Source: Patescibacteria group bacterium
Lineage (GTDB): Bacteria > Patescibacteriota > Minisyncoccia > JAHISW01 > Tagabacteraceae
DNA: 64,000 nt
Reading direction: 5' to 3'
Assembly: GCA_042577045.1 (NCBI GenBank)
Contig: JBHPEK010000002.1
Span: forward strand, 389-64,388
Every line of letters starts with the position of its first letter. Position 1 is the first letter of the stretch. Below the pieces are notes generated by a model that searched no databases, was not told where the DNA came from, and was given only the letters and a program-made list of their open reading frames with translations. Below, piece by piece: positions 47,359-56,799 of the stretch. The translations under genes and the position numbers were made by a program.

Positions 47359-47586
47359 ATGGTAAAAATTATTCAAAAACTAGATGGTTGTATTGGTTGT
47401 GGAACCTGTGTCGTTCTCTGTCCAAAATATTGGGAAATGAACGAAGACGGGAATAAAGCTGTCCTTAAGGGGTCCACTCAAAATACTAGTGGCGATTGGG
47501 AATTAGAGGTAAATGACTCAGAATGTAATAAGGATGCAGAGGAAGCTTGCCCGGTTAGTGTTATCTCCCAGAGTGATCAAGCATAA
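47359..47586 (+). CDS. Small 4Fe-4S ferredoxin.
   Basis: CIGCGTCVVLCP ... C...EACP. The start could be 47323. Confidence 0.6.
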   Translation: MVKIIQKLDGCIGCGTCVVLCPKYWEMNEDGNKAVLKGSTQNTSGDWELEVNDSECNKDAEEACPVSVISQSDQA

Positions 47587-48886
47587 CCATTATTGTTTTC
47601 AAAAACGTAGATAAGTCTAAAACAATAGATCTATTTTTTATGTAGTATAAGTCATACTGCAATTTTTTTATGGCGTCTTCTACAGATGAGCCGTATCGGT
47701 AATTTATTTGCGCCCAACCGGAAGCTCCAGGTTTTACCAAAAGGCGCATTGAATAGTGGGGGATTTTTTCTGTAAGTTGTTGAACAAACTCTGGTCTTTC
47801 TGGGCGTGGACCAATGAAAGATAAATCTCCCATAAGAATGTTTAAGAGTTGTGGAAGTTCATCTAGTCTAGTTCTTCTTAACATTTTTCCTATTTTTGTA
47901 ATTCTTTTGTCTTTTTCTGTGGCCCAAGTTGCTCCATTTTTTTCGGCATTCTGAATCATTGATCTAAATTTTATAATTTCAAAAATCTTTCCGTTTTTAC
48001 CAACTCGTTGGTGTTTATAAAAAACAGGACCCTTGCTGTTGCTTTTTATGGCTATGGCTATTATGGGCGTGAATAATAAAGTAGGAATACCAAGAATGAT
48101 TGCTCCCAGAATATCAAAAAACCTTTTAAGTGTTTCAAACATTTTTTTATCTAGAGTGGAAAGATTTTCCAAAAACCAATTTTCATTGATCATTGATAGC
48201 GGAACTTTTCCTCGAATTATTTCATAAAAGTTTTGAAAATTTACAACGTCAACACCAAGAGGAAGAACTTCGTAAAATTTTTTCATTCCATCTTCAGAGC
48301 GAGTGATACTTTCGGAGGCAACTATCAACTGGATGTTGTGCTCCTTAATTATTTTTTGAAGATTGTTGTTCACAGAAGGAAGGACGGTTGTTGGTTCGTA
48401 GCCAATTTGAGGATTGTTTTTTAAATGATTTGCTAGTTCTTCTACCTCTTTTGATGATCCAAAAAATAAAACTTTTATTTTTGACACCTTCCTGCTAAAA
48501 GACCAAAACAATCTTCTCCAAAGGATGAGGAAGAATGCTACCAAAACAATATCTAAGAATAAGATAGTTTTTGGAGCAATGCCTGTTTGGGGAATAAAAT
48601 AAAAGATAATGGTTGATAGTATTGTGATTATTAGAAGAGCGTTAGCTGTTCTTTTTAAAATTATTTTAAAAGAACCAAATCCTTTTATATCGTAAAGATC
48701 ACTGATATAGAATACAAAAAGCCAGAGAATGTGAATAAATAAAAATGGCACTTGGTGTAAGTCCCAAGTTTCTTTTACTAGCGAAAATCCTGTTCTGATA
48801 CTCAAAGCCAAATAAAGGCTTAAGTAAAACATTATTAAGTCTCCAGCTAGCAGTAAAACTGTTTTGATGCGGTTAGATAAAATCAT
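47561..48886 (-). CDS. Polyprenyl-phosphate glycosyl-1-phosphate transferase (WbaP/EpsE-like initiating sugar transferase).
   Basis: N-terminal transmembrane helices. C-terminal bacterial sugar-transferase domain (KPGASGWAQINYRYG, LDLSTFLKTI). Confidence 0.8.
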   Translation of the reverse strand: MILSNRIKTVLLLAGDLIMFYLSLYLALSIRTGFSLVKETWDLHQVPFLFIHILWLFVFYISDLYDIKGFGSFKIILKRTANALLIITILSTIIFYFIPQTGIAPKTILFLDIVLVAFFLILWRRLFWSFSRKVSKIKVLFFGSSKEVEELANHLKNNPQIGYEPTTVLPSVNNNLQKIIKEHNIQLIVASESITRSEDGMKKFYEVLPLGVDVVNFQNFYEIIRGKVPLSMINENWFLENLSTLDKKMFETLKRFFDILGAIILGIPTLLFTPIIAIAIKSNSKGPVFYKHQRVGKNGKIFEIIKFRSMIQNAEKNGATWATEKDKRITKIGKMLRRTRLDELPQLLNILMGDLSFIGPRPERPEFVQQLTEKIPHYSMRLLVKPGASGWAQINYRYGSSVEDAIKKLQYDLYYIKNRSIVLDLSTFLKTIMVMLDHSGR

Positions 48887-48934
48887 AATATATTGCTAAA
48901 ACCTGCAATTATATGCTAGTTTAATAATTATAAC

Positions 48935-51115
48935 ATGTCTAGTAGATCAATAAGTTATATAGTTTATGCAATTAAAGCGGGCCTTTTTATTTTACCCCTG
49001 CTTTGTCTGATTGTCGTCGAGTCTTTATTTTTTCCTTTTATTACTGGAAAAAATTTCTTTTTTAGAATAATTGTTGAGATTCTATTACTTTTGTGGGTGT
49101 TTGTGATGGTTTTTGATTCCAAATATAGGCCACGAATAAGTCCAATTCTTATTTCTCTTTCTGCCGTCTTGTTGTTTTTGAGTTTGGCTACAATTTTTGG
49201 AGAGAGTCCTTATCGTAGTTTCTGGTCTAATTATGAAAGAATGGAAGGTCTAGTAAGCCATGTTCATCTTTTTTTGTATTTTCTAATCTTAACTAGTATT
49301 TTTCAAAGCCAAAAAGAATGGAAGCAGTTTTTTGGTGTTGTTTTGGGTGCCAATGTTCTTCTTGTTGGCTATGGTTTTTTACAGCTTGCTGGTAAAGCAG
49401 CTATCCATCAGAGTGGTACCCGGCTTGATGCTAGCTTTGGGAATTCTGGATACCTCGCAATTTATCTAATTTTTGGTATTTTCGTTACAGCCCTGTTTTT
49501 GTATTGGTTCAAAAATTTTTGGCTTCGGCTTGGTTTGGCCACCCTGCTTATTTTAGAGGCCTTAATTGTTTTCTTTACAGCTACTAGAGGTGCCATTCTG
49601 GGTCTTTTTGGTGGCTTGATACTTTTCTCTGTCTTGATGTCCATTTTTTCAAAAAATAAACCAATGCGCGTTACTGCTTTAGCACTTTTAACATTCTTGG
49701 TTATTATTTTGTCTTTGTTTTTTGTGTTCAGGAATGCTCAATTTATGAGCAACAATTATGTGCTTGCCCGATTATCAACAATGACAGTAGAGGAAACTAC
49801 TATACAATCTAGGCTTACTATTTGGGGAATGTCTTGGGAGGGCTTTAAAGAACACCCTATTCTTGGTTGGGGGCCCGAGAATTACAATTTAGTTTTCAAT
49901 AAATATTATAAACCCGAATTGTTTAGGCAAGAGCCTTGGTTTGATCGGTCTCACAATATAGTTTTTGACTGGTTGATAAGTTCAGGTATCTTGGGATTTC
50001 TTGCTTATATAAGTATTTTCACGTCTACTTTTTATATGATTTGGCGCAAGAAGTTTGATTTGTTTCAAACCTCTCTAATTGTTTCACTTTTTGCAGCCTA
50101 TCTTTTCCATAATCTTTTTGTTTTTGACAATCTAACTTCTTATTTTATGTTCTTTTCTGTTTTGGGATATATTCATACCTCATCGTTTGAAAAAGAAAAA
50201 GAGTCTGTGAACAAGAAAGATATTCCATTTTCTAGTTATTTTGTTGTTACCTTTGTGTTTTGTTTGGTTGTTTTTTCCTTATATTTTGTAAACGCCAAAC
50301 CAATTATGGCTGCCAACAGTCTTTTAAGAACTCTTATTCTACAAAGACAACCTGTATCTGCTGGTGTTGTTGTAGATAAATACGACGAGGTTTTTTCTTT
50401 TCGTACTTTTGGTAGCGGAGAGGCTAGAGAGCAACTGAGTGGCTTTGCCAATAACGTTGTGGTCGCGCAAGACGTTTCTGTGGAAGATAAAAATCTGATT
50501 CTTGGAAAAGCTATTGAGCAGATGGAGTTGCAAGTAGAAGCATTTCCGAAACAAACAAGATATAGAGTTTTTTTAGGAGCTTTGTATTCTAGAGGAATGT
50601 TAATTGATGAATCTTTAAAAATGCTTCTTTCTGCTTTAGAACTTTCACCAAACAAACAACATATTTCGTTTGCTGTTGCCGATGCTTATTTGTCTTACGG
50701 GCAAAAAGAAAAAGCTTTAGAAATCTTACAGAAAACCTATGAATTAAGTCCTGTGTATAGCGAGGCCGCCAAAAACTATGTAATGGTATCTATTATTGTA
50801 AATTTAGATAATGCTCAAGTTCTTTTAAACCAAATGATGAAGATTTTTGGTGAAGACTTTAGATATGACAAAAAATTTATTTCCGCTTATGCCCAAGTGG
50901 GTGAATATGGAAAAGTAAAAGAAATATGGGAGTATCAGATTAAATTAAATCCTGAAAATTTGCAGTATTATCTGAATTTAGCTGCTACGCAAGTGGAGTT
51001 GGGTGAGCGAGAGGGGGCGATAAAGCAAATAGAATATATAATTAGTGTTCAGCCAAACTTTAAAGAACAAGGAGGGCAAATTATAAGAGACATCCGTGCT
51101 GGGAAGACTTTTTAA
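48935..51115 (+). CDS. O-antigen ligase/Wzy-like membrane protein with a C-terminal TPR-repeat domain.
   Basis: More than 10 transmembrane helices with a WFDRSHN-type motif. The C-terminal 250 aa has TPR-like repeats (ALEILQKTYELSP...). Confidence 0.55.
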   Translation: MSSRSISYIVYAIKAGLFILPLLCLIVVESLFFPFITGKNFFFRIIVEILLLLWVFVMVFDSKYRPRISPILISLSAVLLFLSLATIFGESPYRSFWSNYERMEGLVSHVHLFLYFLILTSIFQSQKEWKQFFGVVLGANVLLVGYGFLQLAGKAAIHQSGTRLDASFGNSGYLAIYLIFGIFVTALFLYWFKNFWLRLGLATLLILEALIVFFTATRGAILGLFGGLILFSVLMSIFSKNKPMRVTALALLTFLVIILSLFFVFRNAQFMSNNYVLARLSTMTVEETTIQSRLTIWGMSWEGFKEHPILGWGPENYNLVFNKYYKPELFRQEPWFDRSHNIVFDWLISSGILGFLAYISIFTSTFYMIWRKKFDLFQTSLIVSLFAAYLFHNLFVFDNLTSYFMFFSVLGYIHTSSFEKEKESVNKKDIPFSSYFVVTFVFCLVVFSLYFVNAKPIMAANSLLRTLILQRQPVSAGVVVDKYDEVFSFRTFGSGEAREQLSGFANNVVVAQDVSVEDKNLILGKAIEQMELQVEAFPKQTRYRVFLGALYSRGMLIDESLKMLLSALELSPNKQHISFAVADAYLSYGQKEKALEILQKTYELSPVYSEAAKNYVMVSIIVNLDNAQVLLNQMMKIFGEDFRYDKKFISAYAQVGEYGKVKEIWEYQIKLNPENLQYYLNLAATQVELGEREGAIKQIEYIISVQPNFKEQGGQIIRDIRAGKTF

Positions 51116-51323
51116 TTTTGTCTGATACAAATGTCCATTATATTGACTTGCTAGTAAGGCGAGTTTTTTATTGTTATCCACAGTTTTTTTGTTTTTGTTT
51201 TTTACTTAATTTTTAAAAGGTTTAAACTATAAACAAGGGTTTATGAACTCAACATTGTTGTGTTACAAAATCTTTTTATAAAAAAGTCGAAAACGTTATA
51301 AATTATTAGTAATTATTAGGTTT

Positions 51324-52727
51324 ATGAAAAAATTTTATAAGAGCAATAATTTTTTAAGTATTGTTGCTTCTATGTTAGTTTCGGTTCTTTTTGTCGCTGC
51401 CTCTGTTCAAGGTGCGACGACTATTAGTACCAACATAGAAACTGCGGGCACTCTTTCTGTAACAAGTACCAGTGCTTTAACTGGTGCGGTTACTATAACT
51501 GGCGATATCATTGCTGATACAGATACTCTATATGTTGATGTTTCTGCAGATAGGGTTGGTGTTGGTACAACAACTCCGTCAGCTATGTTTTCTGTTGGTG
51601 AAGGTACTGGTACTGTAACTGGAGATGCTTACTTTACGGGCGGATTAACAATTGGTGCCGAGGCTGCCATTAACGGCGTAGATGGAACCATTGTCTTCTC
51701 GGGAAAAGCCGCGGACCCTACAGGCGCGGCTGGAATGGTTTATTATGATTCCACAAACAAGTCGCTTAAGCTTCACGATGGAGAGTTCTGGTTTACAGTT
51801 GGTACCACGACTACTGGAATTCAGTTGAGCGCTCCACGAGTTTCTTTGGGCGACTTAACCACACAATATATGACGATTGGTACTACTACGCAAGAAGGTC
51901 TCTCAATTTTGACCTTGTCGGCTACAACAACCACTTCTATCCCACTGTCCATTATGGGTGAAGAAAGTTCAACAGCTAACTACATGCAAATTATCGATTC
52001 TGAAGCGGCTGAAATATTTGCTATTGATAACAATGCAAATGCCTCAACTACTGGAATATGGGCTTTTACTGGTGATGTTTGGTTTAATGGATATGCAACC
52101 ACAACTATCGCCAATGGTAATTTTGCCACAGATGGATCACTAACTGTTGGTGAAGATGATGAAGGCACAGATGTAACATTTTACACGGATACTGCCGGGG
52201 AAGAACTTTTGTGGGACGCTTCTGCAAATGCACTTCTTTTCGATGGCATGGCCACAACAACTGTAACCACAGGAAATATTGAAACTGAAGGAACTGTGAC
52301 TGCTGCAAGTCTTGCTACTCTCGGCGGTGGACAATTAAGAAGTTATGCAAATTCTACCTCAACTACAGATACCACATATACTCTTATAGAAGCAGATTTG
52401 CTTAACTATGACACCATGATAATGGTTCTTAATGTGGATTCAGCGACATTTACGCTTCCAGCAACATCAACTTTAACTTCTATGGTTCCTACAACTGGTG
52501 ACATGCAAGAACTTTGTATTCACAACGCTACTACCACAGATGGAATTGATTTAACTTTTGCTGCTGGTGCAGGAATAGACTTGGAGACATCTTCAAGTAC
52601 ACCTGTTGATTTGACAATTGAGGATGGTGCTTTTGGTTGTTTCAAATTTATTAGACAATTAGACAGAGCTGGTGGTGGTGGCGGTGATGTATCAGTCTTA
52701 TTAACAATTTTTAACGACGCTGACTAG
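51324..52727 (+). CDS. Secreted Thr/Gly-rich beta-rich surface protein (tail-fibre or S-layer-like).
   Basis: Signal peptide followed by TG-rich repeats. Motif RVGVGTTTPSAMFSV. Confidence 0.4.
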   Translation: MKKFYKSNNFLSIVASMLVSVLFVAASVQGATTISTNIETAGTLSVTSTSALTGAVTITGDIIADTDTLYVDVSADRVGVGTTTPSAMFSVGEGTGTVTGDAYFTGGLTIGAEAAINGVDGTIVFSGKAADPTGAAGMVYYDSTNKSLKLHDGEFWFTVGTTTTGIQLSAPRVSLGDLTTQYMTIGTTTQEGLSILTLSATTTTSIPLSIMGEESSTANYMQIIDSEAAEIFAIDNNANASTTGIWAFTGDVWFNGYATTTIANGNFATDGSLTVGEDDEGTDVTFYTDTAGEELLWDASANALLFDGMATTTVTTGNIETEGTVTAASLATLGGGQLRSYANSTSTTDTTYTLIEADLLNYDTMIMVLNVDSATFTLPATSTLTSMVPTTGDMQELCIHNATTTDGIDLTFAAGAGIDLETSSSTPVDLTIEDGAFGCFKFIRQLDRAGGGGGDVSVLLTIFNDAD

Positions 52728-52751
52728 ATTAATTTAATTTCTTTATAAATT

Positions 52752-54029
52752 ATGAAAATTTATTTAACAATTTTTCTGTCGCTTCTACTTGCTCCTTTTG
52801 CTGTCTTTGCTGCTAGTACAGATGTGTTGATGTCGGCGTCCTCTATCATTAGTGTCGGTGGGTATAGTTTGGTGGTAAGTGGTACTGCCAGTTTTGATTC
52901 TATTACTGTTTCAGCCAGCTCTTTTTCACTAAGTTTGTCAGAAGGTGCGGAATTGATTATAACTTCTACAGATAGAAGGAGTTATACAGTTTCCCCTGCT
53001 GAATATAAAAAGAGTTTTTCTTGTGGAACTTCTCAGTCTATAATGACAGTGAAAAATGATATTTGGGCTGGACCTCAAACAGTGACGATAACTCCAACTA
53101 CTGTTGCTTGTGTGGGAAGTGGTGGTGGTGGTTCGGTTTCTAGCGGGGGTGGTGGCGGCGGTGGTGGATCTGTTCCAACACCAGTATATACTGTTATCCC
53201 TGGAACCGACCCTATACCCACTACAGCATCCACACCAGCGGTAACTTCTACTCAAGCTTTGACTTCTGTCTCAGCAATGTTTACAAAAACAATGAGGTTG
53301 GGACAATCTAGTGCCGACATTAAACGCTTACAGCAACTTCTAAACTCAGACTCAGATACGCAAATTGCGTCTTCTGGAGTTGGTTCTCCGGGAAATGAGA
53401 CCGAGTACTTTGGTTCATTGACTAGAGTTGCCCTTAAGAAATTCCAAGCAAAATATGGTATAGTTTCTTCTGGAAGTGAAGATACAACTGGATATGGTTT
53501 GGTTGGTCCGTCAACTAGGGCTAAATTAGCAGAAGTGTTTGCGAATGCTCCAGCCTCGCCGAGTCTAGGCGGGCAGACAACAGCACCAAGTATTGCTCAG
53601 CCATCGGCTGTAGCTGTAGGTGTTTCCCCTGTGTTTAGTTCTGGTATGGCAAAAGGAGAGTCAAATTCTAGTATTAAGCGCTTACAGCAACTTCTAAACT
53701 CTGACCCAGATACGCAAATTGCATCTTCCGGTGTTGGTTCACCAGGAAGTGAGACCAATTATTACGGCTCACTAACTGAAAAAGCTGTTCAGAAATTCCA
53801 AATGAAATATGGAATTGTCAGTTCAGCAAGTGATGCTGGTTATGGATATGTTGGACCAAAGACACGCGCTAAAATACAAGAGGTGTTTAGTGCTAGTGCT
53901 ACTCCAGCTACTCCAGCAACCCCTGCGACTCCTGCAGCTTCAGTAACCCAAACAGAGATAGAAGCACAAATTCAGACATTGTTACAACAACTAGAAGCAA
54001 TGCAGGCAGAGTTGAACGCTATGCAATAA
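52752..54029 (+). CDS. Secreted protein with two peptidoglycan-binding (PG_binding_1-like) repeats, a Gly-rich linker, a PATPATPATPA low-complexity region and a C-terminal coiled coil.
   Basis: Signal peptide. Two repeats of about 80 aa (IKRLQQLLNSD.DTQIASSGVGSPG.ET.Y(F/Y)GSLT...KFQ.KYGIVSS...GYG.VGP.TRAKL). The Gly run SGGGGGGGGS. Confidence 0.55.
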   Translation: MKIYLTIFLSLLLAPFAVFAASTDVLMSASSIISVGGYSLVVSGTASFDSITVSASSFSLSLSEGAELIITSTDRRSYTVSPAEYKKSFSCGTSQSIMTVKNDIWAGPQTVTITPTTVACVGSGGGGSVSSGGGGGGGGSVPTPVYTVIPGTDPIPTTASTPAVTSTQALTSVSAMFTKTMRLGQSSADIKRLQQLLNSDSDTQIASSGVGSPGNETEYFGSLTRVALKKFQAKYGIVSSGSEDTTGYGLVGPSTRAKLAEVFANAPASPSLGGQTTAPSIAQPSAVAVGVSPVFSSGMAKGESNSSIKRLQQLLNSDPDTQIASSGVGSPGSETNYYGSLTEKAVQKFQMKYGIVSSASDAGYGYVGPKTRAKIQEVFSASATPATPATPATPAASVTQTEIEAQIQTLLQQLEAMQAELNAMQ

Positions 54030-54054
54030 GAACGACAGGAATTTTCAGATATCA

Positions 54055-54098
54055 ACAGCCCTACCCAGCCTAATGATTGGGTGGGGTTGTTTTTTTAT
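54055..54098 (+). terminator. Intrinsic terminator.
   Basis: CCCTACCCA...TGGGTGGGG stem followed by TTGTTTTTTT. Confidence 0.5.
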
Positions 54099-54369
54099 TT
54101 AAAGTATGTTATATATATAAATATGTGAGTGTTTTGTATTTGCGGAACCACTCTATGTCTGCATAAAATCCCTATTTCGGTAGGGATTTTATGTTTCTAA
54201 AGCAACTTGTTGATTAAATATATTGTTGTATAATTAAAGTATGGTTTACCAGCGTTTTGGTGGCTGGAGAGTATTTGGCACTCACATAAAGACATAGTCA
54301 TGAGGTTTAGCCTTCTCCAGCCTCTAAAGCGCTGATGAACACTTTAGTGGTTTATTTTTTTATAAAATT

Positions 54370-55122
54370 ATGAAAAGGATAATTTTTGTCTCGTTGGTTC
54401 TTATTTTGAGTACTAGTTTTGTGTTTGCCCAAAACGACGTTTCTTTAGATGAGATTACTCCAGAAGACTTGGGTGTCATTGACCCAAAACTTTTACCAGA
54501 TAGTCCTTTATATTTTTTAAAAGAGTGGGGAAGAGGTTTGGGAAATTTTCTTACTTTTAATCCTGTAAAAAAAGTAGAGAGGCAATTAAGACATGCTAAT
54601 GAAAAACTCATTGAAGCTCGAAAACTAGCTGAGAAGAAAGAAAATGAAGAAATAGCTACTCGTGCTATGGAAAATTACCAGAATATCATTGGAAAAGTGG
54701 AGGGCAGAATAGAACAAATAAGGGAAAGAGAAAAAAATAATCCGAAATTTCAAAAATTAGTTGATAAGTTTTCCGAAGACAGTTTAAAGCATCGTCGGCT
54801 AACTGCCATCATTAGAAACAAATTTAATAAAGAAGAAAAACAAGGAGAAACGCAAATTGCTAACCCGGCATCTGTTTATTGCGAAGAGCAGGGTGGGAAG
54901 TTGCGTATGGAACAGACCGATAAAGGAACGCATGGTATTTGTGTTTTGCAAAATGGCACAGAGTGTGAAGAGTGGTTATTTTTTAGAAAACAATGCGGAG
55001 GGAATCTTATAAAAGAAAAGGAAATAATTAAAGAAAAAAAGAAACCTACTCAAAACACAAATAGATCTCTTTTAAAAATTTTTCAACCAATTACAAATAC
55101 AATCTCTCCGAAAAATAACTAA
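54370..55122 (+). CDS. Secreted protein with an N-terminal DUF5667-like region and a C-terminal DUF333 (putative hemolysin) domain.
   Basis: Signal peptide. DSPLYFLKEWGR, then NPASVYCEEQGG...GICVLQNGTECEEWLFFRKQCG. Confidence 0.5.
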   Translation: MKRIIFVSLVLILSTSFVFAQNDVSLDEITPEDLGVIDPKLLPDSPLYFLKEWGRGLGNFLTFNPVKKVERQLRHANEKLIEARKLAEKKENEEIATRAMENYQNIIGKVEGRIEQIREREKNNPKFQKLVDKFSEDSLKHRRLTAIIRNKFNKEEKQGETQIANPASVYCEEQGGKLRMEQTDKGTHGICVLQNGTECEEWLFFRKQCGGNLIKEKEIIKEKKKPTQNTNRSLLKIFQPITNTISPKNN

Positions 55123-56096
55123 TGGTAAATATTCAAAAAAATGTTTTGTTGGCTCCATATACGACTTTTAAAATAGGCGGACCTGCTAAATATTTTGTTG
55201 AAGCAAAAAGTATTGAAGAAGTACAAGAGTTTTGTGTTTTTGCTAAAGAAAAAGAATTACCTATTTTCATTTTGGGTGGAGGCTCCAATGTTTTAATATC
55301 TGACCAAGGTTTTAAGGGGTTAGTGATTAAAATAAAGGATTCTGAAAACAAAGAATCAAATTTTCGGTTTGGTGGCAATGGTCATGGAGTTAAACTACTT
55401 GAGGTTTGGGTGGGAACGCCACTTTCCAAACTAGTTGCCAACACAACAAATACCGGACTTTCTGGGCTGGAGTGGGCTATAGGGATTCCCGGAACAGTGG
55501 GGGGTGCAATTTGTGGGAATACAGGAGCTTTTGGGAAAGAAATGGCCGATTCCATTCAGTCGGTCAAGGTCTTTAATCATCAAGATGCTTCCATTTCTGA
55601 TTTTAAAAAAGAAAACTGCGACTTCTCTTATCGAGATTCTATCTTTAAGCAGGGCGACAATTTAACAATTATTGGAGCGACTCTTACTTTCAAAAAAGAT
55701 GCGCCAGAATTGATTCAAGAAAGACTCAGAAAAAATATTAAACAGCGAACAGAATCTTTTGCTCATAATTACAAGTGCGCAGGGTGCTTTTTTAAAAATA
55801 TTGAATGGAAGAGAAGAGGCATAAACAAAGAAGATGTTCTTAAGAGATTTCCAGAACTAGGGCAGTTTGCTGATAGGTCAAAAATCTCGGCTGGTTTTTT
55901 GATTGAATCGGTTGGCCTAAGAGGAAAAAAGATTGATGATGTAGTTGTCTCTGAAGAGCATGCTAATTTTATTTTAAATTTAGGAAATGCCAATGCCGAA
56001 CAAATTTTAATGCTTTCAGGATTAGTAAAAGACAGAGTTTACTCCAAGTATGGCTTTAGTTTAGAAGAAGAAGTTAATCTAATAGGATTTGACTAA
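55122..56096 (+). CDS. murB: UDP-N-acetylenolpyruvoylglucosamine reductase.
   Basis: LAPYTTFKIGGPAKYF and IFILGGGSNVLISD (FAD-binding). About 324 aa. Confidence 0.8.
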   Translation: MVNIQKNVLLAPYTTFKIGGPAKYFVEAKSIEEVQEFCVFAKEKELPIFILGGGSNVLISDQGFKGLVIKIKDSENKESNFRFGGNGHGVKLLEVWVGTPLSKLVANTTNTGLSGLEWAIGIPGTVGGAICGNTGAFGKEMADSIQSVKVFNHQDASISDFKKENCDFSYRDSIFKQGDNLTIIGATLTFKKDAPELIQERLRKNIKQRTESFAHNYKCAGCFFKNIEWKRRGINKEDVLKRFPELGQFADRSKISAGFLIESVGLRGKKIDDVVVSEEHANFILNLGNANAEQILMLSGLVKDRVYSKYGFSLEEEVNLIGFD

Positions 56097-56152
56097 AATC
56101 AAATCCTATTAGAAATTCGAAGCACGAAATTCGAAATAACAAACAAATTCAA

Positions 56153-56518
56153 ATGATCAAAATTCAAAATACAAAACAATACGATTTAGAAGAACGTACT
56201 TTAGAATTTGCTAAACGAGTGCGCGTTTTTGTTAAAAAACTCCCTAAAATAACAGCAAATTTCGAAGACGGAAAACAAGTTATTAGATCTTCGGGTTCAA
56301 TGGGTGCTAATTATATTGAAGCAAACGAGGCTTTGAGCAAGAAAGATTTCTCTATGAGAATTAAAATTTCAAGAAAAGAATCAAAAGAAACTATTTATTG
56401 GTTATCGTTGATAGATGTTGGCGGAAATCAAGAATTAGAAAAAGAACGACAAGAACTTCTAAAGGAGGCTACAGAATTAATGAAAATATTTAGTGCAATA
56501 ATGAGAAAGTCAACATAG
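56153..56518 (+). CDS. Four-helix-bundle protein (TIGR02436; 23S rRNA intervening-sequence protein family).
   Basis: YDLEERTLEFAKRVRVFVKKLPK, IRSSGSMGANYIEANEA and ISRKESKETIYWLSLI. Flanked by 13-bp inverted repeats. Confidence 0.65.
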   Translation: MIKIQNTKQYDLEERTLEFAKRVRVFVKKLPKITANFEDGKQVIRSSGSMGANYIEANEALSKKDFSMRIKISRKESKETIYWLSLIDVGGNQELEKERQELLKEATELMKIFSAIMRKST

Positions 56519-56799
56519 TCGATGTTTAGAACATTATAATTTATGATTTAGATATTGTTTCGAATTTCGATATTCGGATTTCGGATTTTCTTCTTAAAAA
56601 ATTATTAGTTAACAATTTTTTAAGAATGTTATCCACATTTTTTTATTTCTTTTGTTTCTTTTTATTCAAAATTTATTTAAAATTAATATAGGAATGCAGA
56701 AAATTTTTTAATTTTTTCTTTTAAAATTTTTTAGCACCCTGCATTTCTGAAGCAAATATTTGGCGGTCGATGTTTGTTATTTTAAAAACGTAAATAAAA

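Noticed and set aside
54230-54360. Possible SRP (4.5S) RNA, because of a GGTTTACCAG-like stretch and a terminal T-run.
   Set aside because: No GGAA tetraloop or AGCAGCC-type helix-8 motifs could be found. Kept only as a generic structured-RNA candidate.
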